A stretch of DNA of 64,000 nucleotides from Felis catus (Eukaryota), in assembly GCF_018350175.1 (NCBI RefSeq), contig NC_058368.1, positions 205,780,001-205,844,000 on the forward strand, written 5' to 3'. The notes under the pieces are model-generated. The model was not told where the DNA came from, did no database searches, and was given only the letters and a program-made list of their open reading frames with translations. Position numbers and translations under genes: made by a program. Below are positions 11,945-23,914 of this stretch, piece after piece (positions within the stretch are counted from its first letter, which is position 1; every line of letters begins with the position of its first letter).

Positions 11945-13229
11945 AAGAATATTGATAGACTCTCTGGCAAGAATGGGAATGTTACAGGGTTTTTAGACTG
12001 GAGTTAGCTGTGGGAGCCTCAGAAATGTGTTGCTTTAAGTGTAAATGCTTTTAAACTTCTGATACTTGCTGGGAGGGCCAACATTGCTCAAGAAAATCAT
12101 TAACTATTGTTTTAACAAATATGTCTCTGCCCACATTGATCTTGAAGTATACCACACAGAGATCCCTGGGAGGAGGGCAGCTGAATTGCGTATCACTGCC
12201 TTGTGTGCCTGCTTTTGAGATTTTTCACTTGGAGGTCATATTTGACACTATCTTTGTTGTTGTTAGTTTTTTCTCTGTAATCTATAGTGTTGTCTCTTTA
12301 TCAACAGTTACACAGGTCTCTTGGATTGAGTTTCACCTGCTCTGGGAGATCATGAACTTCTCATTTTAGATGCTGCACTGGATGAAACCTTCATAGCCTC
12401 TACTTATAAAGTTTAGACCTTTCAAACATGCCTTATAAATGTGTTGAAAATCTTACCAGCTTCATTTCATGTATGTAGATTTTTCTTGAGTAATTTCCCC
12501 TTTGTTCTTCCTTAATATTTAGGAAGTTTCCACCCTTGTGAAAGTTCTATGCCATAGTACGAAAGAGAACCAAAGGGAGTCTTGTCCCAACTCTGATGAG
12601 CAATTTAACAGGAGACAATGCCAGCAAAATTTGGGAGAAGAGAAGACTATGGGAAGGGCAAACTTGGGAGACAAGATCAGGGCAGCTCTGTCTGCTTTCC
12701 CCATCAAACTCTTTCAGGCATCAGTGCCTTGGGCACTGGTTTTATTTCAATAAGGAATGTGATCCCTGAGAGAGGAAGGAAAAACTAGGCTGACAGTGTG
12801 GTAATCGAACATCTCTCTTTCTCAACATTGCCACAAAATCGTCCTCATCTGAGAGTTGGGTAAATATTCCACTCCGCATGCCAGGCAGGACTTGGGAAGC
12901 CTCTACACCAACAAGAAAATGATATTTTATCTTACTGTTCAGTGAATCAGTTGATTATACTGTTTAAAGAAAATTGCTATCTGAAAACTCTAGAATAAAG
13001 TAATAAAAGTGAAAAAAGAAAGAACCCCAGGGAGAGCCAGTTCTTAGGGTGCGGCCTCCCTCCGCCATCATTCAGTGAGTTCATCTGGTTCTTTGCTGAT
13101 AACAAGGATTAGGCATTGATGCCCAGTGGAAAATAAAAAGAGCCCAGCTCTACCTGACAAAACAATCACTCTGTTCCTCTTCTGAGGTATTTCTCAAATG
13201 TTCTTGGCAAAGCAGTGCTTTTTCGTCTC

Positions 13230-13380
13230 TGCATAAACATTCGGGGCACACCACCTTTATTATCACAGTGGTCTACACCTGTCTTTTCTGCTAGACTTTG
13301 ACCTTGTTGACACCAGGGACAGTTTTATGCTCACTTTTGTAGTAATAGGCATACGAGTGTCTGTCAAACTGAATTGTAAA
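13230..13380 (+). mobile_element. L2 3' end remnant
   Basis: ctgtcttttctgctagactttgaccttgttgacaccagggacagttttatgctcactttt. Confidence 0.55.
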
Positions 13381-14864
13381 TATAATCCCACCATTTTCCT
13401 CCTCAAGTGGAGATCTTTTATAGAATTTCCCAATGATGATCATATGGCAAATATTCTATGCACTTCTTCCGGCCTGAAATTCACTGGCTTACAAAATATT
13501 CCATATGTGTATCTCAGGAGCCAAAAAATAATAAAACAAATTTCGATGTGCACTTCTTTTCATTGAGATGTCTTAGGATACTTTGACATATCTGTGTCTT
13601 ATGAAGAGTGTAGAGTAAAACTCTTTGTACAGTATGTACCAAAGGAACATTATTTTCCCAGATTCCACTTATTTCATCTGAAGTTTATCAGAACATGCTC
13701 CTGATTCCGAGACCTACTCCAAACTAGAAAGAAGGACACCTAGTTGCATTCCAGGGGCATACTAATTTGGCATAGAGATAGCAGGAGGCTCCATCTCCCG
13801 TTTTGCTAACTGGCCTCCTCATCCTCCATTTTTCTGCTTCTGTCCTCCCCAAGGTGGATGGGTCTGTGCTGCAAACTATCTCCTTCTTTGCCCCCTTTCT
13901 ATTGCTTCTCTTCTGTTTATCTGGGGAAACTTTGAACAGAGAAGAGGGAATGAGTTGATGCCACCCTTCTTCACAGAGAAGGATGAGTATGCATGCCTCG
14001 GGGGCAGCCCAAGGAGCCGGGAGACCTGCATTTAGAAAGTGTGCCACTGATAAGGGAACTTCTATAGAAACTTTTATCTCCCCTTAACAAATAAAGCATT
14101 TTTGGAAGATGAGAGTTAAATGGGAAAACAGTAAATTTGTCTGTCTTCGCTAGTGGGGAGACCTGAAGTCAGGTGTGTTTTGCAAGAAAATTTCAACATG
14201 TTCTATCAGTTTAAAATCTGTGTAAATTGCCAGCAGTTCTCCTGACAGCCGCCTTTCCCAGGAAGTGCCCGTGGAATGTCCTCTTTAAACTGCTGAGGAA
14301 TAGAAGGTTAATTTTCAATTCTCTGTCAACTGAAACTTGTCAATTAAAATTTCATGTTCTTTTCTCTTTAAGACTTTTGAAGAATGGAGTAGAGGAGCTT
14401 GTCTAGAGATAATATAACTACTACCTAGCTTGAAGCTTTTGTACCTGAGATGCTAGAAATGTTCATTTCCTATCACTTGCAACCTGCAAGAAAATCCACA
14501 GCTTTCCTGCTTTCCTTGCATCAGTCTTTCATGTGGCATCTTCTTAATCCTATCCTTTGTCCCTATCTTCACTATGCTCCTCAACATCTTGATCTGGGGG
14601 AAATCAAACTAAAACTAAGGGGAGCTTTGCAGATTAAAGAAAGGTTGAAGTCCCATGGAACAGAGTTACTTTTTATCTGTTTGTTCTCAGGGTACCATTT
14701 CTGTATATAGATGTACTTACTATATAATTGCTCTTGTGCATACTCCTCCAAAGAATGTTATTGACCTCTCCTTTAGAATGAGGATTATGAAAGTATTCGG
14801 TGTCAATACCATTTCTCTGGTAACAGTTATGCTTTAAGATACACGGTATAGCAAACCCAGTTGA

Positions 14865-15269
14865 TGTCCTGTATGTATATCCCCTTGGCACTCCCCATTC
14901 CTGTGCCTGCCAGTGGCTTCTAAATGCAAGGCTTCTTAATGACACGATGATGGGAGTGGGGTGGGCGGTGGGATGCCAGCAGAGCTCTAACCAATGAGGA
15001 AAGAAAGTTTTCTTCATCCATCCCCCCCCCCCCCCCCCCCCCGTAAGACAGCTCTGGGGCATGTTCTATTTTATATCCTAGATGGTCCCAGCAGGAGGAA
15101 GCCCTGGTCTCACAGTGATACCCTGCTCATTACCACACCTTGCATTGGCTTCTTTTTCTTTCCCGTCTCACTTCCCCACTCTCCTTCTGGTGCTTCTGCA
15201 ATCACCTCCCTAATAAACTACTCATCTTAGGCTCAGCATCTGCTTTTGGGCAATCCAAACTCAGCTACA
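14865..15269 (+). mobile_element. LTR16-like (ERVL) solo LTR with an internal C21 run
   Basis: 3' end atcacctccctaataaactactc...ctcagcatctgcttttgggcaatccaaactcagctaca matches the LTR16 terminus. Confidence 0.75.
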
Positions 15270-15804
15270 AGCAGAGACAATACATTTTATTCTTCGAAAA
15301 CGAAAATGTATGGTGCCATTGATAGTGGTAGAAAAATCTGTGTATAATTTAGGAAATTAGAAAGTTATCTTGAAAATAGACCGGGGCCTCTGCTCTAAGA
15401 TTTCTGCTTTATAATCTTAGCACAATCTTGTTCAGTCACTCACTTAAAATTTTTTTCTTGAGCTTTGATATAAAAGATATTAATGCAAATTGCTGTGGGG
15501 ATATCAATAAATGTAATATCTTTTCCTATTCATAAGAATATTAGATTGTACATTTGAAGAGATTAGGGGAAACATAAAAAGATAAAAGATAATAGATAAT
15601 ATGCAGAGTGTCAAGCAGTAAATGTTACAATGTAACACAAAAATCGAGACAATATATACTGTAGGAATTCAGAGAGACCTGTGCATGGGCTAAAGGAAGT
15701 TTTACAGGTACAGAGTGTAGAAAGCATGTGTGTGTGGCATTCTGGGTCTGGCTGAAGTGGAAGATTCTTTTAGGGAAGTGCTAAAGTTAAACATATGTAG
15801 GTAC

Positions 15805-16072
15805 CGTGGTGGGGAGGGAAGGGGAAAAATAGTTACAAACAGAGAGGGAGGGAGGCAAACCATAAGACACTCTTAAATACAGAGAATAAACTGAGGGTTG
15901 ATGGAACAGGGGGAGAGAGGAAAATAGGTGATGGGCATTGAGGAGGGTACCTGTTGGGATGGGCACTGGGTGTTGTATGGAAGCAATGAATCATGGGGAT
16001 TTAGCCTCAAAACCAAGAAAACACTGTATACATGATATGTTAGCCAACTTGACAATAAATTATATTAAAAAA
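15805..16072 (+). mobile_element. 5'-truncated felid L1 (3' UTR plus short A tail)
   Basis: ggaggcaaaccataagacactcttaaatacagagaataaactgagggttgatgg...gggcattgaggagggtacctgttgggatgggcactgggtgttgtatgg...aataaattatattaaaa; TSD atgtaggtac (15795-15804 / 16073-16082). Confidence 0.93.
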
Positions 16073-16083
16073 ATGTAGGTACA

Positions 16084-16219
16084 GGGGTGCCTGGGTGGCT
16101 CAGCTGGTTGAGTGTCTGACTCTTGGTTTCAGCTCAGGCCATGATCTCATGGTTCGTGTGTTCGAACCCCATGTCAGGCTCTGCACTGACAATGTGGAGC
16201 CTGCTAGGGATTCTCTCTT

Positions 16220-16267
<48 letters not shown>

Positions 16268-16290
16268 CCTCCCCACTCTAAATAAATCCA

Positions 16291-16325
<35 letters not shown>

Positions 16326-16360
16326 ATACTTTAAAAATAAAATGCTTCTTCTCTTTAAAA
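16084..16360 (+). mobile_element. Can-SINE with long (CT)n and (TAAA)n tail
   Basis: ggggtgcctgggtggctcagctggttgag head; downstream TSD-like atttaggtaca (16368-16378). Confidence 0.96.
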
Positions 16361-16445
16361 ACAAAATATTTAGGTACATTGTCCCAGTTAAGAAGAACCT
16401 GAATGTGTCTAAGGAGTTTGGAAAGTGAATACAGTTTTTCTATTT

Positions 16446-16471
16446 CTTTTTTTTAGGTTTATTTTATTTAT

Positions 16472-16523
<52 letters not shown>

Positions 16524-16650
16524 TCCCAAGCAGGCTCCACACTGTCAACACTGAGCCCAATGTGGGGCTCAATCCCATGAACAGTGAGATCATGACCTGA
16601 ACTGAAACCAAGAGTCAGACGCTTAACCAACTGAGCCACCCAGGCACCCC
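16446..16650 (-). mobile_element. Can-SINE with (GA)n tract
   Basis: ...gagtcagacgcttaaccaactgagccacccaggcacccc. Confidence 0.96.
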
Positions 16651-19600
16651 ATCTTTTTTTTAATAAAGTGCTATCATTTATTCACTTTCTCATCTGTTCA
16701 CTAAACACATACTAAACTGCTCTATTTAAAGACATACACTTGGTTTTGTTACTTGAAAATAAGACAGAGAGGAGAAAAGGATGACTCAGATGATTAAGAA
16801 GGTAGGAAATTTAAGAGAGAATTGAGTTTAATTTTAGACAAATTCTGTATTTATTTAGTTATTCACTAACTTTTTCAGCAACATTTAAGGCAGGCCACCC
16901 TGAACCCAATATACCAGTCCTGTGTGGTTTTTACAACATGAGAGATCTTCACAAATTTCTCTCATTCTCTGATTCTATCCATTCTCTCAGTTACTTTTTG
17001 AAAACCTAATTGGCACCAAATTTTAAGATATTTTTCAAAGCATTACAGTAATGGCCAGTAGCCAGATTAGGATGTGGGATCAAGAAGGCTCCAGCCAAAG
17101 TAAGTTCACCCTAAGCTTGGCCCCAGACCTCTTCTCTTCAAGGGCAGGTGGCCTTTTCATCCTTCTCAACTCATTGAAGTCCACAGGGTTTCTGGCTTGG
17201 ATCAACTCTGCAGGTCCCAAGAGTGATGAAAAAAATGGGCTCCGGGTGCCAGTCAAGAGCACCTTGATTTCAGGCGCATTGATTTTATGAAACCTTTGAT
17301 GTCTGTTTTGGTCCTGGAGATCTGGGGAAATATGATCTATAGAGTTGATGTTTCCACACTTTATGGCATGTTAAGAGCTATTATGAGGCTTTCAGTTACA
17401 GTTGCACCAATGTCGGAGGGTAGGTTTCTCTCTTGCCTCCTCCAGTCTCTCTTGTAATTTTGGTGTGTGAATGGTTGGTGGTGTTTGTAGTGTTATATTG
17501 CACATCAACTGACAACAGCAAGAATGCTTCTGAATCCACATTTAATTTATTCACAGCACTGTGTGCAACCAGATGATGATGGCAAGTTAATGGGCTTTGC
17601 CTTAATGAAATAACTGCCTCCCAGGTTTGGAGGTTTATGCTAGTTTTATTTGTCAGCATTACCTAAGTGGATACAAGAAAAAATTGTAGCTTTATGCTGA
17701 CGTATTATCAGGTCCATTTGCAGAGAAAGACAGATGTTATGGCCTCCTGCTGCTGCTCTGTTCTTTGAGCCATGCCAAGTTTTATCTCCCTTCATTCTTG
17801 ACAATTAAACGCTACAGCCCTTGGGGCTCACCTATGTGGCTTAGATGAAGAGGCTTTTCAAGTTGCATATTCCATGGAGTTGCATCTTAATTCCAATATG
17901 CTGTTATCGAGCAAGGCCTGTGAGTGTACTGGCTCTGTCTCTCTCTCCCTTTTCCCTTTCCTGCCTCCTTCCCTGTCTTTTAATTCATCAGCATTTAGAA
18001 TCCCGGAAATAATATGACATAAAAACCAGTGCCTCCCAATAAATGGGAAATTGACAAGATGCTTGGCCTTAGTTTTATATGTACATATTTTGGCTTTGTT
18101 CTTTTTCTCTCAAATTCTTTTTTCTTCAATTACTACTGAGTCTTTAACCCTGGCTAACGACTCTGCCTTTCCCAGTCTGCCTTTCTGGTAACTCATTAAT
18201 GCTTAGCAATGAGAAGAAAAGGGCAACGGCTCTATTAACACAACCAAATTGATTTATAATCAGACATGAACCAGGAACTGGGTGAGAGTTTTACAAGCAC
18301 TAAAGGTTAATAGAACCATTCTCTAGCCCATTTTCCAAACCAACCTTCTTGAGGTTTTCTGACCTCCACCCCCAGATATACAGCCATTGCATAAGAGACT
18401 TTGGCAAGGGTGGCATGTAGGTGGAAGTTATTTATGAACATTAATAGCTTTTTCAACTATTGTACAATTATCAGAGAACCCCTACATGTAGCCCTAGCTA
18501 GGTTCAGAATAAAGCAATTATATAGTTAATTTAGCATTTATCTGGAAGACTGGGTTCCAAATTAAAAAGCTTGTTCAGTTGAGACTAGCACTTATTCATT
18601 TCATGGGGATTTTTACACAGGCTCTGTTTGCCAGTATGAAACACTCATATGAAACTCTTTTTTGGAGTTGACTAGTTGAGTCAGATCACAGTCCAATCAA
18701 TTTCAGAATGAACAGCCAGCTGGATAGAAGCCATACTTTCCATTACTGGTTAATTGCTTTGGTATGAATGTGAATGGCTAATCCATCCTCCAAAGCCAAG
18801 AAGACTTTAAAATAGTTTGTATGTGGTAATTCACTGGTAGGAAGGAATCAAACAACAGCACTCCCCCTCAACCACCCCTTGTATGCTAGTCTCTGATTGT
18901 TCTGAAGAACAGTTTCACCTTCCTCCCTCTCCCCACAAATACAGTTTCCCTTGCATTTTAGTGTTTGGAGATTTTATCTCATTGATCTTTTTCTCAAAAA
19001 ACGGCTCTGCCACAGTTTCACAGAGGAACTCAACGAAGCCTCTCCCCTTGGAAGAGCCTTGCTTCCTAGTGAGAATCAGTGGCAATATTGCCATATTCCC
19101 ACTGGCAGAGTTTTAAAGATTTTACTAATCCTTTACCTGCTGGATGACTCATTTGCTGAAATTCTGTCATGCACCTGAGGTGTGATATTAGTTTTCCTTT
19201 GACCCACTGGATAAAATGTGGCATAATAAGGACACCTCAATCAGCATGATTTCTGTGTTTGGAGCCAGGATGATCTGATTTATGTGCCCTTCCTTAATAA
19301 GAGACCCTGAAACACTGGATATAAATAAATTGGTACTTGAAAATAGTCTGTCACCAGGAATTATGCCCCACCATGCAGTAAACCAGCCTTGTTATGAATT
19401 CGGTTGGCAGGATCCTAGCATCACAAATCAAAATTGACCCTACCCTTGTCAGCTGTGCTCAGCGCGTTAATATAAAGAAATGGGTTTCTCTTCAGGGCCA
19501 TGGACTTAGATTCCTTTCCCATCAATGGAGAGTGTTTTCTGGAGCTGTGTCTAGGAAAACCATGTTACAGATTCACATGTTGTTCCTAGCTGTCTCTGTG

Positions 19601-19656
19601 ACAAAAGCTTATTGGGGAAGCTCATTCTCTTCCTTTCACTTCAAGAATATGACCCA

Positions 19657-19870
19657 GGGGCTCCTGGGTGGCTCAGTCAATTGAGTGTCTGACTTTGGCT
19701 CAGGTCGTGATCTCACGGTTCATGAGTTTGAGCCCCTCATCGGGCTCTGTGCTGACAGCTCAGATCCTGGAGCCTGCTTCAGATTCTGTGTCTCCCTCTC
19801 TCTCTGCCCCTCCCCCACTTGCATTCTGTCTGTCTCTCTCAAAAATAAACATTGAAAAAAATTATTTAAA
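19657..19870 (+). mobile_element. Can-SINE (SINEC_Fc-type)
   Basis: Perfect TSD aagaatatgaccca (19643-19656 / 19871-19884). Confidence 0.97.
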
Positions 19871-21314
19871 AAGAATATGACCCAATTATTACTTCTCTCT
19901 CTCCCATTTTATTCTTTAAAATATAATACCCAAATAATACAAAGAGTACTCTACTAATTCTACTGCAAAATTAATACCCATACTAATAGCAAACTCTTAT
20001 ATAGACCTTACTATAAGCTACCATAATCAAAAAGCCTAGCAGGTGCTAATAAAATACCTTGGGCACGGATATGCTATGAGAAATTTGTGTCTGTTTGTTC
20101 TGATGCACAGTTAATGGGCTTCAGCCTATGATGCCTACTTAAAATTGAATTGGCCACTTGATTATTCATTTTTATTAATGTCATTATCTGCAGTTATGAA
20201 ACCAATGCTTAAAAGGTGTCCTCTTTTATTGATTCATGTATTATTAACCTTCCAGCATGTATTGTAGCTTAACTGGTATTATAGGACCCAAGTCATTTGT
20301 TTAAGTAATGAGGACAAAATAAGAAGAGCTGGCCATATATTTCAGAAGGAGGATTTAGCTCAATTATAGGCAAACAGGCTGCTCTTGGCAGAAAAAGTTG
20401 ATACTACTCCCCAGGTGGAAGATGTTGGCTAATGCTATCTGAGAAGCACCGAATGAGTCCCTGTAACCTCAACCGAAACTGTGACTCCCATCTGTTTCTT
20501 CTGGTACCTGAAGTGCTATCATTAGGATTTCTTTCCTTTGAATCTAACTTTGCCATCCTTGGACAGAATGGTTATAGTAATAGTACTCCTAAAAAAGCTT
20601 GAGGAGTCTTGGGGACATGTATGAAGAAAGCCTAATCAGATGGAGATGCCCCTGGATATACTAGGGAACTAAAATACCAGACAAATAACCAAATGACTGT
20701 TATGTGAGAAATATGGTTGTCATCACTGTTCACTTGGAATTAAGGCCACTGAATTCTAGGGCCTTAATACTTGCCTGAAGATAAGTAATGAAACGTGAGA
20801 TGAAAATATGTATACAGACTGATTTACACTCGCTGTTTTTCCCATGTAAAAGAATGCCTATAATAATTTAATTAGGAAAAAAAAAGCAGACTCCAACCTT
20901 TTACCAACAAAATAGCTCAAGAAAAGTACCAAGACAGAACAGAGTTAAAAAACAAAAACTAAAACTAAAAGTTGCAGAAGAGTATGTATGGATTCTCAGA
21001 CAAATTTGTTCTTTTTTAGTACAGTCACAGGCCATCCTAGATACTTACACCTAAGTCTGGTATGTCTGTACTTCACCCCAGCTGCCCTGAAATACTATTT
21101 TAAAAAGCTAATAATTTTGTTTTATCAACACATCTCCAGTTTCCTTAAAGGGAAGACTCAATTCCTATTTCTTCCCTAAGACTGCTGCCCTACTCAGCGT
21201 TCCTGCAGAAGGTCAGCAGTCTTTCCAGCCTCCGTGCTGTGCTTCTCCTAATTAAAATAATAATAATAATATATTGAATACTTACTAAGTCTGAGGTCCT
21301 TTAAAGACTGATTT

Positions 21315-21337
21315 TATCTATCCATCTATCTATCTGT

Positions 21338-21381
<44 letters not shown>

Positions 21382-21402
21382 ATATATATATCTGTCTATC
21401 TA
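21315..21402. repeat. Compound (TCTA)n/(TA)n microsatellite
   Basis: Directly visible. Confidence 0.9.
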
Positions 21403-21487
21403 TTTAAACTACTGGACAAATATTAATATGTGAGGATTCCCTGGATCTCCTTATCCTCATAATAAGGAGAATTCTTCTTCAGAATTT

Positions 21488-21496
21488 ACACACACA

Positions 21497-21532
<36 letters not shown>
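21488..21532. repeat. (CA)n microsatellite
   Basis: Directly visible. Confidence 0.95.
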
Positions 21533-21534
<2 letters not shown>

Positions 21535-21544
21535 CACACTAATA

Positions 21545-21720
21545 GAATCATCACAACTCTCTATAAGGTAGATATTACTTCCTTTACTTAATGGATTAGA
21601 AAACTGAGACATGAGACATTACATAATTTGCTCAAGGCCACGTAGCTAATAAATGGTGCAGTTAGGATCTGCACCCAGCGGTCTGGCTCCTGATTCCATG
21701 GACTTAATCGCTATATATTC
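21545..21720 (-). mobile_element. MIR remnant
   Basis: gaaaactgagacatgagac...atttgctcaaggccacgtagctaataaatggtgcagttaggatctgcacccagcggtctggctcc. Confidence 0.8.
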
Positions 21721-21828
21721 CACAGCTCTTTATAAATGGCCATCATATAAGCCAGGCCATGGCCCCCATGTCTATGAATATTTCCCTTCCTACCCTTGTC
21801 CCAGTTGACTTATTCCTTTCTACTTCTT

Positions 21829-22053
21829 TTTTTTTTTAATTTTTTTCAACGTTTTTTTATTTATTTTTGGGACAGAGAGAGACAGAGCATGAACGGGGGA
21901 GGGGCAGAGAGAGAGGGAGACACAGAATCGGAAACAGGCTCCAGGCTCTGAGCCATCAGCCCAGAGCCTGATGCGGGGCTCGAACTCACGGACCGCGAGA
22001 TCGTGACCTGGGTGAAGTCGGACGCTTAACCGACTGCACCACACAGGCGCCCC
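21829..22053 (-). mobile_element. Young Can-SINE (Felis-type SINEC_Fc)
   Basis: CpGs largely intact (ctcgaactcacggaccgcgagatcgtgacc); perfect 15-bp TSD tcctttctacttctt (21814-21828 / 22054-22068). Confidence 0.98.
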
Positions 22054-22309
22054 TCCTTTCTACTTCTTAAAAGTCATCATCACTTCTATTCAATTTAACA
22101 CTAGTTACTATTGTACTATTGTTTTTCACTGTTTATTCTCTAAATTCTTCCTGCCCAACTAGCCTGAGCAAATATCTGAAAACAGACAACATTATATGGT
22201 TCTTCTGTGTCTCTGGAGAATCTGGTACTTGAAAAGGGACCAACATACAACTCGATGGAAACTTGAGATACTGGAAGTTTTAGAAATTAGGTTTAAATAT
22301 ATAGGAGAT

Positions 22310-22775
22310 TGTCAATTTAGGAGTAAGTTTCATGGCATAAAACAGAAGAAAAATTCAAATAATAGTAGCTTAAGCAAGATTTATTTTCTTCATGCCTGAA
22401 GGAAGTTTGGAGGGCTAAAACGGGATCTTGAAGATGTCTTCAGGGACCCAGGCTCCTATCTTTATGCTCTGCCATCTTTAGTAGTTAGTGTCCATCCTCA
22501 AGGCCACTTATGGTCAGATATTACATCTGCATTTCAGACAGCAGAGAAAAGGAAGGGCACTTTTCAGTGGGAGAACTTTTAAGGAGACTTCCTGAAGGTC
22601 TCAAATAATACTTTAATTTATATCTCACTGGACGGACCTCTTTATACGGCTACATGGCTGGGAAAGGTAGTATTTAATTTAGCCTATCAATGTGCCCACT
22701 TAAAAATCAAGGTTCTAGTAATAAATTGGAAGGGGATAATGGATATTAGATAGTCAGCTAGTAAGTTTCGTCACA
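22310..22775 (-). mobile_element. MLT1J-like MaLR LTR
   Basis: cagggacccaggctcc...ctctgccatc; ends aaggttctagtaataa...aatggatattagatagtcagctagtaagtttcgtcaca. Confidence 0.75.
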
Positions 22776-23329
22776 AAAGGAATGAAAATCAGTTTCTTCT
22801 CAGGTATCTTTTTTTTTTTTTTTTTTTTTATGAAAAGGTTTTCCATTCATGACCATGACCGTGCAAGAAATTAAAATATATTCTGGGCAGCTCCTGGGAG
22901 TTGCAGGACACCTGAAAATCAGCCTGGTCTCCTTTCTATAGAAATAAGTATCAGGAAATATCCCTGAGCACCATTGCCAATCACTGATGGTACTGTTTTT
23001 GTTTGCTTAGATTGTTAAAGATGAGGGTTTTCTTGCATTGAAATTTACCTTGATAAATGTATTTTTATAGTTATAGGAGCGAATACATGTAAAGCTTTGC
23101 TTTCTTTGGCTCTTTTCCAAGGACGAAAACATTTGGCTGAGCATTTAGATTTTTTGATGCTCTGAATTTAGTTTGTATAAATAGCTTGTAAAGTTGTTTG
23201 TCTAATCAGAGGTTCAGTACTAAATAATGATTTCCAAAGAACACTCCCCAAGTTAACAACCTTGGCTATTTCTAATGGAGAGACTTCCATATGTGTTTGC
23301 ATGCTGCTCTTATTGTCTTGTTTATTCAT

Positions 23330-23900
23330 TCAAGTATGATTAAGCTGCTGAAATAAGAAGCCCAACAATACTCTGACTTAAAAAGAGGAATTTAATTTCC
23401 CTCTCACATAAAATTCTGATGTGAGTGTTCTAAGTCAGCAGCTTTGGTCCACATAGTCATTCAAGGATTCAGTAATGATTTGTCTAGTGATCACCTTTCC
23501 AGGCAACTTAAGACAGAACAAACCAAAGCCTAGGGCTAGGCATTTCTTTCCAAACATTACTTTCCCCGCATTCCATTGGTAAGTACTGCACATGTCTTAT
23601 CATGTGTAAGAGGAGTTGGGAAATGTCTTGTAGCCTTGTGTCCAGTGGGGTGCCTGGGTGGCTCAGTTGATTAAGCGTCCGGCTTCGGCTCAGGTCATGA
23701 TCTCACGGTTCATGAGTTGGAGCCCTGCAGAGGGCTCTGTGCTGACAGCTCAGAAACTGGAGCCTGCTTCACATTCTGTGTCTCCCTCTCTCTCTTCCCT
23801 TCCCCCGCTCTCACTCAGTCTCTTTCTCAAAAATAAATAAACCTTAAAAAAAAAGAAAAAACTAGATTTGAGTGAATGGCTAGCAGTATTTATCTCACAC
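23330..23900 (-). mobile_element. Old MLT1 (J/K-like) LTR interrupted by a Can-SINE
   Basis: cattccattggtaagtactgcacatgtc...gttgggaaatgtc [SINE] gatttgagtgaatggctagcagtatttatctcaca. Confidence 0.65.
23647..23860 (+). mobile_element. Can-SINE (no TSD visible)
   Basis: ggggtgcctgggtggctcagttgattaagcg head, CT tract, A tail. Confidence 0.96.
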
Positions 23901-23914
23901 TAATGGTCAGTAGT

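Noticed and set aside
12580..12835. Possible old LTR (TG...CA bounded)
   Set aside because: I could not match it to a family with any confidence.
17051..17290. Overlapping ORFs on both strands (79 aa +, 60 aa -) in non-repeat DNA
   Set aside because: Neither peptide is recognisable, there are no convincing splice sites, and the lengths are expected by chance.
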